A stretch of 64,000 nt of DNA from positions 448,118 to 512,117 of the forward strand of contig CAVQSR010000004.1 in NCBI GenBank assembly GCA_963716055.1. The letters are read 5' to 3'. The notes beneath the pieces were generated by a model. The model was not told where the DNA came from. It saw nothing but the letters and a program-made list of their open reading frames with translations, and ran no database searches. Every line of letters starts with the position of its first letter. Positions within the stretch are counted from its first letter, which is position 1. This DNA comes from an uncultured Gemmatimonadales bacterium (GTDB taxonomy: Bacteria; Gemmatimonadota; Gemmatimonadetes; Gemmatimonadales; GWC2-71-9). Both the position numbers and the translations under genes were made by a program. Of the stretch, positions 8,222 through 16,785 are shown one piece after another.

Positions 8222-10085
8222 CTACTCTTCCAGCGCCCGCGCCTGCCGGGCCAGCTTGCGACGCTCCGTCGCCCCCAGCTCGCGCTTGCGTAACCGCAAG
8301 GACGACGGCGTGACCTCGATCAGCTCGTCGTCCTCGATGTACTCGAGCGCCAGCTCCAGCGTGATGTCCCGCGGCGGCTCGAGCTGACGTCGTCGTCCGA
8401 CGCGGTCGTCCGCATGTTGGTGAGCTTCTTGCCCTTCGTCACGTTGACGTCGAGGTCGCCCGTCCGGACGTGCTCGCCCGACGATCATGCCCTCGTACAC
8501 CGCGTCGCCCGGCCGCACGAACAGGTCGCCGCGCTCCTGGAGGTTGAACAGCGCGTACGCGACCGTCGGCCCTGCCCGGTCGACACCAGCACGCCCCGCG
8601 GACCGCCCGCGACAGGGGCCCGGCCCACGGGCCGTACTCGAGGAACCGGTGGTGCAGCATGCCCGTGCCCGCGCGTGTCGGTCAGGAAGTCCGACCGGTA
8701 GCCGAACAGGCCGCGCGCCGGGATCCGGAACGCGCAGCCGCATCGTGCCCTGCCCGGGTTCCGCATGTCGAGCATCTCGGCGCGCCGCGGCCCCAGCTTC
8801 TCCATCACGACGCCCATCATACCGCTCGGGCACGTCGACCACCAGCTCCTCGTACGGCTCGAGCAGCTCGCCGTCCGGCCCCTCCTGCGTGATGACCCGC
8901 GGCCGGCACACCTGGAACTCGTAGCCCTCGCGCCGCATCGTCTCCATCAGGATGCGAGAGGTGCAGCTCGCCCCGGCCCGAGACGGTGAACGTGTCGGGC
9001 GTGTCGGTCTCCTCCACCCGCAGCGCCACGTTCCGCTCCAGCTCGCGGAACAGCCGCTCGCGCAGCTGCCGGGTGGTGACGAACTTGCCCTCGCGCCCGG
9101 CGAACGGCGAGTTGTTGACGATGAAGTCCACCGAGATCGTGGGCTCCTCGACCGCGATGCCCGCCAGCCGCTCGGCGTGGTCCGGGTCGGTCAGCGTCTT
9201 GCCGATCTCCACGCCCTCGATGCCCGGCGAGCGCCACGATGTCCCCGGCGGCCGCCTCGTCGACCTCGATCCGCTGCAGCCCCTCGAAGGCGAACAGCTT
9301 GGCCACCTTCGCCTGCTCGATCCGCTCCTCGGCCACCATCGCCGGCCCGCCGAGCGGCAGCAGCGCCACCTGCTGCCCCACGCGCACCGCGCCCGCGCTC
9401 GATGCGCCCGATCGCGATGCGCCCGAGGTAGGGCGAGTAGTCGAGCGTGGACACCAGCATCTGGAACGGCCCGTCGGCGTCGCCGCGCGGCGCCGGGACG
9501 TGGCGCACGATGGCCTCGAACAGCGGCGTCAGGTCGCGTCGGCGGGCACCGTCCAGGTCGGCAGCGGTCGCAGACCCGGCCGTCGCGGCTCGACGCGTAC
9601 AGGAACGGCGCGTCGAGCTGCTCGTCCGACGCCTCGAGCTCGATGAACAGCTCGAGCACCTCGTCGTGCACCCGCGACGGGCTCGGCGTCCGGCCGGTCG
9701 ATCTTGTTGATGACCACGATCGGCTGCGAGCCCCAGCTCCAGCGCCTTGCGCGTGCACGAACCGCGTCTGCGGCATCGGGCCCTCGGCCGCGTCCACCAG
9801 CAGCAGCACGCCGTCCACCATGCGCAGGATGCGCTCGACCTCGCCGCCGAAGTCGGCGTGGCCGGGGGTGTCGACGATGTTGATCTTCACGTCGCCCCAG
9901 CGGACCGACGTGTTCTTGGCCAGGATCGTGATGCCCCGCTCGCGCTCGAGCGGGTTGGAGTCCATCACGCGCTCCTCGACCCGCTGGTTGGCGCGGAACA
10001 CGCCCGCCTGGCGGAGCATCTGGTCCACCAGCGTGGTCTTGCCGTGGTCGACGTGCGCGATGATGGCGATGTTGCGGATCTGCAC
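8222..10085 (-). pseudogene. typA: Translational GTPase TypA/BipA, interrupted by many frameshifts
   Basis: The N-terminus is [28 protein letters not shown]...[16 protein letters not shown]. The remaining BipA segments ([12 protein letters not shown], ...IEDDELIEVTPSSLRLRKR) are spread over at least 6 frame-shifted ORF pieces. Confidence 0.9.
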
Positions 10086-10139
10086 GGGGCGGGCCTGGGT
10101 GCGGGTGAGCGGGCCGCAGTATAAACGAGGACGGGAGCA

Positions 10140-10219
10140 GGCGGTAGAGGGCGGTAGAGGTCGGTAGAGGTGGTGGAGGGCGGTAGAGGACCGACTTCTA
10201 CCGCCTTCTACCGACCTCC
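10140..10219. repeat. Decamer tandem repeat GGCGGTAGAG (about 5 units) followed by inverted units; hairpin
   Basis: GGCGGTAGAG GGCGGTAGAG GTCGGTAGAG GTGGTGGAG GGCGGTAGAG is followed by ...TTCTACCGCC TTCTACCGACC. The 9-bp stem GGCGGTAGA/TCTACCGCC is perfect. Confidence 0.8.
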
Positions 10220-10220
10220 G

Positions 10221-10506
10221 TCATTGCGCGCGCAACTGCCCCAGCACCCGAGCCTCGACCCTGTGCCCGTCCACCTGCTGCGGCAGCGCCGCCCGGGTCT
10301 GGGGCCGCTCCTGGTCGAGGCCCACCACGATGACGGGCGCGCCGGCCGAGTCCCGGCCGATCCCGACCGACACCACGCCGGGCAGCTGCATGAACTCGGG
10401 CGCCTTCTGCGCCCGCACTTCCTGGATCGTGGGGGACATCCGTTCCCTCCCGCACGCGCCGGCCGGCGCCAGGCACACTACCAGGGCGGCGGCGAGTCGC
10501 CTCACC
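10221..10506 (-). CDS. Small putative lipoprotein, paralogous to the N-terminal domain of the upstream protease
   Basis: The GTG start overlaps the protease stop (GTGA). The product reads VRRLAAALVVCLAPAGAC... then EFMQLPGVVSVGIGRDSAGAPVIVVGLDQERPQTRAALPQQVDGHRVEARVLGQLRAQ. Confidence 0.55.
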
Positions 10507-11509
10507 GCGTGACCCCGAGCGCCGTGAACACGTGCTCGATGCGATTGATGATGGTCGTCGTGTCGCTGCCCGCGAACAGCAGGCCCACGAGGCGACTGCG
10601 GTCGTCGAGCACCGCGGAGCCCGAGTCGCCGCCCTGGCTCATGGCGCCGGCGAGCAGCTGGTCGGTGAAGCGCGCCACCTGGCCCGGCCCGTACTGCACG
10701 TCCACCGTGACGTCGATCTGATCCACGGCCCCGGTGGTGAGTCCCGTGGTGCGGCCGCTCTTCTTGAGCGCCATGCCGAGCGTGGCCGACGCGGTGCCCG
10801 CGATCGTGCCGATCTCGTGGATCCGGTCGGCCACGTCCGCGGCGTTCAGCGGCCGCGCGATGGCGGCGTCCACCAGGTTCTCCTGCTGCTGGATCGACAC
10901 GATGCGGTAGCGGGTGCGGCTCGCGATCACGCGGCACCCGGCGTTGAGCAGGGCGATCACGGCCGTCGCGAAGCTGCACTGGCTGGGCGGCTCGGGCTGC
11001 TGAAACCGGATCGGCACGAACGCCTCGAGGATCGCGATCCGGTCGCGCGCCACCGTGCCGCCGTCCACGGGACCCGGCTGGAGGATCGCATCCCCCACCT
11101 GGGCGTCGTTGCTGTTGGCGAGCACGTGGTTGTTGGACAGGATGAACGTCTCGCCGCCCTTCTTCACGAGGCAGCCGAGCGTCCCCGCGGTGATGTCGCG
11201 GTGCCCGATGCTGACGCCCCCGGGTGCCGGGCGGAACCGGCCCGTGGGCGGCTGGAACGCGCGGATCCGGCCGGTCTCGATCACGTCGGTCGCGACGCCG
11301 GCGACCATCGGTGGCACGAGGTCGCCGGGCGCGAGCTGGGCGATGGGCCGTTTGCGCGTCACCGAGCAGATCACCGCCGGCGTGTCCGTGCGCCGCCCGC
11401 CCGTCACCTTGTAGCCCACACCCGTCGCCACCACGCCGTCACGCGCGAGCAGGTCGCGGCACGCCGCGCGCGCGGCGGCGCGGGTGGTCTCGAAGGCCTG
11501 ATCCATCAT
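10502..11509 (-). CDS. Trypsin/chymotrypsin-fold (S1-like) serine protease
   Basis: 335 aa. Catalytic-type motifs are SNNHVLA (His), D in the NDAQVGDAILQP region, and GGDSGSAV (Ser). No obvious signal peptide. Confidence 0.8.
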   Translation of the reverse strand: MMDQAFETTRAAARAACRDLLARDGVVATGVGYKVTGGRRTDTPAVICSVTRKRPIAQLAPGDLVPPMVAGVATDVIETGRIRAFQPPTGRFRPAPGGVSIGHRDITAGTLGCLVKKGGETFILSNNHVLANSNDAQVGDAILQPGPVDGGTVARDRIAILEAFVPIRFQQPEPPSQCSFATAVIALLNAGCRVIASRTRYRIVSIQQQENLVDAAIARPLNAADVADRIHEIGTIAGTASATLGMALKKSGRTTGLTTGAVDQIDVTVDVQYGPGQVARFTDQLLAGAMSQGGDSGSAVLDDRSRLVGLLFAGSDTTTIINRIEHVFTALGVTR

Positions 11510-11525
11510 CCCCTCCCGGTGCGTG

Positions 11526-12422
11526 TCATTCGCAAGTGGGATCCCGCTCGATCTGTACCGTCACGTGCCCGATGCCCAGCGCCCCCATGCGCGCCTGCGC
11601 TTCCTCGAGCACGCTCTGGTGGCGCGCGGGGTCGGCGACCACCAGGTGCCCGCTCATCGCGATCACGCCGCTCGTGACCGTCCACACGTGCAGGTCGTGC
11701 ACCGAGCGCACCCCCGGCACGCCGGCGAGCTGGTCGTGCACGCGGCCGAGGGGGATGTGCGCCGGCGTGGCCTCGAGCAGGATGTCCACGCTCTCGCGCA
11801 CCAGGCGCCAGGCGCTCCCGAGAATGAGCAGCGCGATCAGCGCCGAGATGAGCGGGTCGGCGGCGGACCAGCCCGTGGCGAGCACCACGGCTCCCGCCGC
11901 CACGGCGCCCACCGAGCCCAGCAGGTCGGACAGCACGTGCAGGTAGGCGCCCCGTTCGTTCAGCGAGTGGCGGTGGCCGCGGTGCAGCACCACCGCGCCG
12001 GCGAGGTTCGCCGCGAGGCCGATGCCCGCCACGCCGAGCAGCAGCGCGCCGTCCACCGCGACGGGCGCCGCGAGCCGGCGCCACGCCTCGAGCACGATGC
12101 CGAGCGCGATGACGACGAGCGCCACCCCGTTCACCAGGGCCGCCAGAATCTCGAGGCGCAGCAGGCCGAAGGAGCGCTCGGCCGTGGCGGGCCGCTGCGC
12201 GACGTGCGACACGATCAGCGCCAGTCCGATGGCGGCGACGTCGGCCAGCATGTGGCCCGCGTCGGCGAGCAGGGCGAGCGAGTTGGCCAGCACGCCCCCC
12301 ACCGCCTCCACCACCATGACCGTGGCGGTGAGGCCCAGCACGATCCCCAGGCGCCGGCGCGACTCGGCGCGCAGGGGCGCCAAGTGGGTGCAGTGGGCCT
12401 CGATCGGCAGCACGGTCATCAT
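11526..12422 (-). CDS. Cation diffusion facilitator family transporter (CzcD/ZitB-like)
   Basis: 298 aa with six TM segments. CDF signature motifs are SLALLADAGHMLADV, HVLSDLLGSVGAV and a C-terminal VHDLHVWTVTSG. Confidence 0.92.
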   Translation of the reverse strand: MMTVLPIEAHCTHLAPLRAESRRRLGIVLGLTATVMVVEAVGGVLANSLALLADAGHMLADVAAIGLALIVSHVAQRPATAERSFGLLRLEILAALVNGVALVVIALGIVLEAWRRLAAPVAVDGALLLGVAGIGLAANLAGAVVLHRGHRHSLNERGAYLHVLSDLLGSVGAVAAGAVVLATGWSAADPLISALIALLILGSAWRLVRESVDILLEATPAHIPLGRVHDQLAGVPGVRSVHDLHVWTVTSGVIAMSGHLVVADPARHQSVLEEAQARMGALGIGHVTVQIERDPTCE

Positions 12423-12524
12423 CTCAATCTATAACGATGACGACGGCGCTCCGGCACCGTGTTCCTGCTCCCTTCTCCCGGTTCCTTGAACTCACGGCCC
12501 CGGCGACTACCTTCCCCCTCGCCC

Positions 12525-13859
12525 ATGACCGATCCCGAGACCGCCTCCGTCCTGTGGCCCCTCGCGGCCGTCGTGCTACTCGTGGCCGCCAACGCCTTTT
12601 TCGTCGCCGCCGAGTTCGCGCTCGTCGCGTCGCGCCGTACGCGAATCGACGCCATGATCCGCCAAGGCGACGCCCGCGCGCGCACCGTCAAACAGGCCCT
12701 CCAGTCGCTCGACCGGTACATCTCCGGCACGCAGCTGGGGATCACCCTGGCGAGCCTGGGGCTCGGGTGGATCGGCAAGCCCGCGGTCGCGGGGACGATC
12801 GAGCGCGTCTTCGCGGGCCTCCCGGAGCCGGTCGACGTGATCGCGACCCACGGCGTCGCCGCGATCATCGCCTTCATGATCATCACGTTCCTGCACATCG
12901 TGCTCGGCGAGCTCGCACCCAAGGCCATCGCCCTGCTCCACCCGGAGCAGACCAGCCGCTGGGTTGCGCAGCCGCTGATCCTGTTCACCATCGCCACCAA
13001 CCCGTTCATCTGGATTCTCAACGGCACCGCCAACGCCATCCTCAAGCTGCTCGGCGCGCGGCCCCCCACCGAGCTCGAGCGCGTCCACTCCCCCGAGGAG
13101 ATCATGATGCTCGTCGAGCAGTCCCGGAAAACCGGCACGCTCGGCGCGCAGGACGCCCGCATGATCGAGGGCGTGTTCGAGTTCACCGAGAAGAACGCCC
13201 GCGACGTGATGACGCCCCGCACGGCGATCGTCGGCCTGCCCGTGGACGCGACCCTCGACGCCGCCGCCGACGCGGTCGCGAACGCCGGCCGGTCGCGCTA
13301 CCCCGTGTACCGCGAGACGCTGGACGACGTCGTCGGCACGGTGCACGCCAAGGCCGTCCTCGCCGGCCTGCGCCGCGATCCCCACGCCACCGTCGAGACG
13401 GTCATGCGGCCGACGTTCTTCGTTCCCGGCACGCGCGAGGTCGAGGACGTGCTGGCCGACATGAAGCGCCAGAAGGTCCACATGGCGATCGTGCTCGACG
13501 AGTTCGGCGGCACCGCCGGCCTCGTCACGATGGAGGACCTGATCGAGGAGATCGTGGGCCAGATCTACGACGAGTACGACCGTCCGCCCGACGCGGCGGC
13601 CGCCGCCGCCGCCGACGCCGCGCCCGTATTCGCCGGATCCACCGAGATCCGCGACGTGAACGAGGCCCTCGGCCTCGCGCTCGACGACTCCAACTACACC
13701 ACGATCGGCGGGCTGGTGTTCGGCATGCTGGGGCGGCTGCCGGCGGTCGCGGACAAGGTGCCGGTCAAGGGCGGTGTGTTCGAGATCGTGGAGATGGAGC
13801 GACGACGCGTGGGGAAGGTGAGATTCAAGAAAGGGCAGGCGATCGAAGACAAGAAGTGA
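12525..13859 (+). CDS. HlyC/CorC-family transporter (DUF21/CNNM TM domain, CBS pair, CorC_HlyC domain)
   Basis: ATG at 12525 within ORF 12459..13859. Motifs are NAFFVAAEFALVASRRTRI, ...FEFTEKNARDVMTPR..., and ...VMEDLIEEIVGQIYDEYD. Confidence 0.9.
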   Translation: MTDPETASVLWPLAAVVLLVAANAFFVAAEFALVASRRTRIDAMIRQGDARARTVKQALQSLDRYISGTQLGITLASLGLGWIGKPAVAGTIERVFAGLPEPVDVIATHGVAAIIAFMIITFLHIVLGELAPKAIALLHPEQTSRWVAQPLILFTIATNPFIWILNGTANAILKLLGARPPTELERVHSPEEIMMLVEQSRKTGTLGAQDARMIEGVFEFTEKNARDVMTPRTAIVGLPVDATLDAAADAVANAGRSRYPVYRETLDDVVGTVHAKAVLAGLRRDPHATVETVMRPTFFVPGTREVEDVLADMKRQKVHMAIVLDEFGGTAGLVTMEDLIEEIVGQIYDEYDRPPDAAAAAAADAAPVFAGSTEIRDVNEALGLALDDSNYTTIGGLVFGMLGRLPAVADKVPVKGGVFEIVEMERRRVGKVRFKKGQAIEDKK

Positions 13860-13938
13860 AGTTGCGAGACGACAAAGAAGTGAAGTTGCAAGACGACAAG
13901 AGCAAGTAGAGTTGCAAGACGCCAAGTTGCAAGCGGTT
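13853..13938. repeat. Left composite inverted-repeat arm (GTTGCAAGACG(C/A)CAAG units)
   Basis: GAAGTGAAGTTGCGAGACGACAAA GAAGTGAAGTTGCAAGACGACAAG ... GAGTTGCAAGACGCCAAGTTGCAAGCGGTT. It overlaps the stop codon of the 12525..13859 gene. Confidence 0.85.
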
Positions 13939-13953
13939 CCAAGCCGTAAGACT

Positions 13954-14316
13954 CAAGAGGGCCGCGGTGGGTCGAACCTCCGCAGCAGGCCGTAGACCGT
14001 TCTCGCGCACTCCGCTCGCACCTTTCAATCTCCGCGACCTCGGCAGCCGGCAGGTATTCCATCGCGACCACGAGGTCGAGGATCGCTTCGATCTCGTGGA
14101 GCGACGCGCGCGCCGTGTCGAGGTACCGCCGGAACTCCCGCGACCCCTTCTGGCCGCCCCTTCCGCGATGTTGAGCACGGCGCTGTACGAGGCGCGGCGC
14201 CATTGATCAGCGAGGGCGTTCCGCTCCGATGCAGGGAGCCGGCCGATCGCGCGCTGTGACAGCACGGCGAGGTGGCGGGCGTGTTGCCACGCCTTGAGAT
14301 CCTTGAAGTGGCCCAT
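13954..14316 (-). pseudogene. Four-helix-bundle protein (23S rRNA intervening-sequence protein family), at least 2 frameshifts
   Basis: The pieces are MGHFKDLKAWQHARHLAVLSQRAIGRLPASERNALADQWRRASYSAVLNIAEGAARRG, then (shift) SREFRRYLDTARASLHEIEAILDLVVAMEYLPAAEVAEIE, then (shift) ARTVYGLLRRFDPPRPS-stop. Confidence 0.75.
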
Positions 14317-14400
14317 GGAAATGAGACTAGGCAGGCAGAGGCTCGCGACGACTACCGAAACACCGCCGGGCGCATCGTTTCCTTGCGCCTTGCAGCTGTG

Positions 14401-14486
14401 AACCGCTTGCAACTTGTCGTCTTGCAACTCCACTATGCAACTTGGCGTCTTGCAACTCCACTGTGCGGCTTGGCGTCTTACACTTC
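14401..14486. repeat. Right composite inverted-repeat arm
   Basis: AACCGCTTGCAACTTGTCGTCTTGCAACTC CACTATGCAACTTGGCGTCTTGCAACTC CACTGTGCGGCTTGGCGTCTTACACTTC is the reverse orientation of the left-arm units. Confidence 0.85.
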
Positions 14487-14495
14487 TATTGCCTG

Positions 14496-15440
14496 TCAGC
14501 TGGCGACTAGTTGCAAGGCCAGTTGCAGGGCCGCTTTCATGCTGCCGGCATCCGCTTTGCCCGTTCCCGCGATATCGAACGCCGTGCCATGATCGGGCGC
14601 CGTCCGCACGAACGGCAATCCCAGCGTCACGTTCACGCCCGTCCCGAATCCCGCCACCTTGACCGCCGTCATCCCCACGTCGTGATACGGCGCGAGCACG
14701 GCGTCGAACTCACCGCGCTGCGCCCGCACGAACACGGTGTCGGCGGGAATGGGGCCGGCCGCCCCCAGCTCGGCGGCCGCCGGCCCGAGCACGCGGTCGT
14801 CCTCGTCCCCGAACAGCCCGCCCTCGCCCGCGTGCGGGTTGAGGGCGCACACCGCGAGCCGTGGCGCCGCGATCCCCCAGCGGCGGCGCAGCGCCTCGAT
14901 CGTGATCCGCCCGATCCGCACGACGCGCTCCGCCGTGACGGCGTCCGGGACCTGGCGCAGCGGCATGTGGGTGGTGACGAGGACGACGCGCAGCGCGCCC
15001 GCGGCGAGCATCATCGCCACGTCCACGTCGCCCGCGAGATGCGACAGAAACTCGGTGAGGCCGGGATAGCGGTACCCCGCGGCGTGCAGCGCGGCCTTGT
15101 GGACGGGCGCGGTGACGATGGCGTCCACGTCACCGCGGATCGCCATGCGAGCCGCCGTCTCCACGCCCGCGGCGGCGAGGCGGCCGGCGGCGACATCAAG
15201 GGAGGGGGGACGAGGGACGAGGGACGGGTGGGGAGGGGGGACTCGTCCCCCGTCCCCCGTCCCCCGTCCCCATGTCCCGACCCCGATCTTCAGCCCGGCG
15301 GGAATGGCCCCGATCACATCATCGGGCCCCACGAGCGCGATGTCCGCGTCGATCCCCTCGGCCAGCGCCCGCGTGACCACCTCCGGCCCGATGCCCCGCG
15401 GGTCGCCGACGGTGACGGCGAGACGGGCGCGGCGGGCCAC
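14496..15440 (-). CDS. pdxA: 4-hydroxythreonine-4-phosphate dehydrogenase PdxA
   Basis: GTG start. PdxA signatures are VTVGDPRGIGPE, ...TAPVHKAAL..GYRYPGLTEF, ALNPHAGEGG, and APYHDVGMTAVK..GFGTGVNVTLGLPFVRTAPDHGTAFDIAG. Confidence 0.9.
   Translation of the reverse strand: MARRARLAVTVGDPRGIGPEVVTRALAEGIDADIALVGPDDVIGAIPAGLKIGVGTWGRGTGDGGRVPPPHPSLVPRPPSLDVAAGRLAAAGVETAARMAIRGDVDAIVTAPVHKAALHAAGYRYPGLTEFLSHLAGDVDVAMMLAAGALRVVLVTTHMPLRQVPDAVTAERVVRIGRITIEALRRRWGIAAPRLAVCALNPHAGEGGLFGDEDDRVLGPAAAELGAAGPIPADTVFVRAQRGEFDAVLAPYHDVGMTAVKVAGFGTGVNVTLGLPFVRTAPDHGTAFDIAGTGKADAGSMKAALQLALQLVAS
15201..15271. repeat. Palindromic G/C-tract heptamer repeat inserted in frame in pdxA
   Basis: The plus strand reads GGAGGGGGGACGAGGGACGAGGGACGGGTGGGGAGGGGGGACTCGTCCCCCGTCCCCCGTCCCCCGTCCCC. 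It is translated in pdxA as [24 protein letters not shown]. Confidence 0.8.
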
Positions 15441-15444
15441 GGGC

Positions 15445-16785
15445 CTACAGCCGCACGTCGATGTAGGTGCGGCGGCGCAGCTGGGAGAGGTAGTGCTCGA
15501 CCGCGAGCTGCTGGCCGAGATTCGCGCGGATGCGGTCGCGCACGTCCTCGAAGCGCATCGGCCCGGCGTCCTGCCGGTCGGTGAGCTCGAGGACGACGAA
15601 CTTGGGACGGGCCGAGCCGGCGGCGGACGTGAACACCGGAATCAGGCCGCGCGTCGCGTCGCCGATCGCCGTCTGGTACTCGGCCGGCAGCTGCGCCAGG
15701 GGCACGTCCTCGGCGAGCTTGGCCTCGGAAGGATCGCCGTAGCGCCGCGCCAGCGAGTCGAGGCCGGCGCCGGCGGCGAGCCAGCCGTGCAGCGTGTCCG
15801 CCAGCGCCCGCGCGACGGCGATCCGCTCGGCCGACACCTCGGGCATGATCAGGATGTGGCGGGCGAACACCTCCGCCGGCTGGGTGCGCTCGACCTTGAT
15901 GATGTGGTATCCGAACTCCGTGGGCACCACGCCCGAGAGCTGGCCCGGCCGCAGGATGAACGCGACCCGCTCGAACTCCTTCACCATCACGCCGCGTCGG
16001 AACCAGCCCAGCTCGCCGCCCGCCTGGGCCGACGCCGAGTCGTCGGAGAACCGGCGGGCCGCCTCGGCGAAATCGGCGCCGCGCCGCACCGCGTCGAGCA
16101 GCGAATCGGCAAGGGCGCGCGCGCGCAGCTGGGCGGCGCTGTCGGCCTGGGGCGCGACCACGATCTGGCGGAACGACACGACGGGAGGACGCGGCTGGGC
16201 GCCGGCGCGGTTGGCCTCGAACACCTCCCGCATCTGCTCCTCGGTGGGCGGGATGGCCTTGATCAGCCCCGCCTGACGCCGCACCTCGAGCAGGCGCTGC
16301 GAGTAGATCTGGCGCCGCTGATTGTCGGCCAGCCAGCGCCGCCATTCCTCGGGGGACGCGAACCCGGCGAGCACGAGCTGCTGGCGGAACTCCATCTCCG
16401 AGCGGAAGTTGCGCCGCACGTTCTGCACCGTCTGCTCCACCGCGTCCTGCACTTCCTGCTCGGTGATGGTCACGCTGGTGTCGCGCTGCGCCTCCTGCAC
16501 CAGCAGCTCCTGGTCGATCATCTGCTTGAGCATGCCGGCGCGCAGCGTCATGCGCTCGGCCGAGTCGGTGGGGAACGGCTGCTGGCGCCCCTGCGCCGCC
16601 GCCTGCGCCTGCACGAACTCCTCCTCCAGCTCGGAAGCGAGGATGGCGCGTCCCCCCACGATCGCCACGATGCGGTCGAGCACCACGGCGTCGCCCTGCG
16701 CGGCGGCGGGCGCGGCGGGGGCCACGAGGGCGGCGACGGCGGCGACGGCGGCGAGCAGCAGCGCCGCGGGTGACCCGCGCGTCAT
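15445..16785 (-). CDS. surA: SurA-like periplasmic chaperone / parvulin-type peptidyl-prolyl isomerase
   Basis: ATG at 16785 (MTRGSPAALLLAAVAAVAALVAPAAPAAAQ signal peptide). It has a SurA N-domain and a parvulin motif GGELGWFRRGVMVKEFERVAF...FGYHIIKV. The upstream 858-aa ORF extension is rejected. Confidence 0.85.
   Translation of the reverse strand: MTRGSPAALLLAAVAAVAALVAPAAPAAAQGDAVVLDRIVAIVGGRAILASELEEEFVQAQAAAQGRQQPFPTDSAERMTLRAGMLKQMIDQELLVQEAQRDTSVTITEQEVQDAVEQTVQNVRRNFRSEMEFRQQLVLAGFASPEEWRRWLADNQRRQIYSQRLLEVRRQAGLIKAIPPTEEQMREVFEANRAGAQPRPPVVSFRQIVVAPQADSAAQLRARALADSLLDAVRRGADFAEAARRFSDDSASAQAGGELGWFRRGVMVKEFERVAFILRPGQLSGVVPTEFGYHIIKVERTQPAEVFARHILIMPEVSAERIAVARALADTLHGWLAAGAGLDSLARRYGDPSEAKLAEDVPLAQLPAEYQTAIGDATRGLIPVFTSAAGSARPKFVVLELTDRQDAGPMRFEDVRDRIRANLGQQLAVEHYLSQLRRRTYIDVRL

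Larger units (their letters stand above)
13853..14486 (-). mobile_element. Candidate IVS-like mini-element: long inverted repeats enclosing one four-helix-bundle gene
   Basis: The innermost 30 nt of the two arms (13909-13938 and 14401-14430) are reverse complements with one mismatch. The cargo is a single small gene. Mobility is inferred, not shown. Confidence 0.4.

Noticed and set aside
13954-14316. The four-helix-bundle gene as the Avd component of a diversity-generating retroelement.
   Set aside because: There is no reverse transcriptase gene and no template/variable repeat pair with adenine-specific differences anywhere in the window. The flanking repeats are inverted hairpin arms, not TR/VR.
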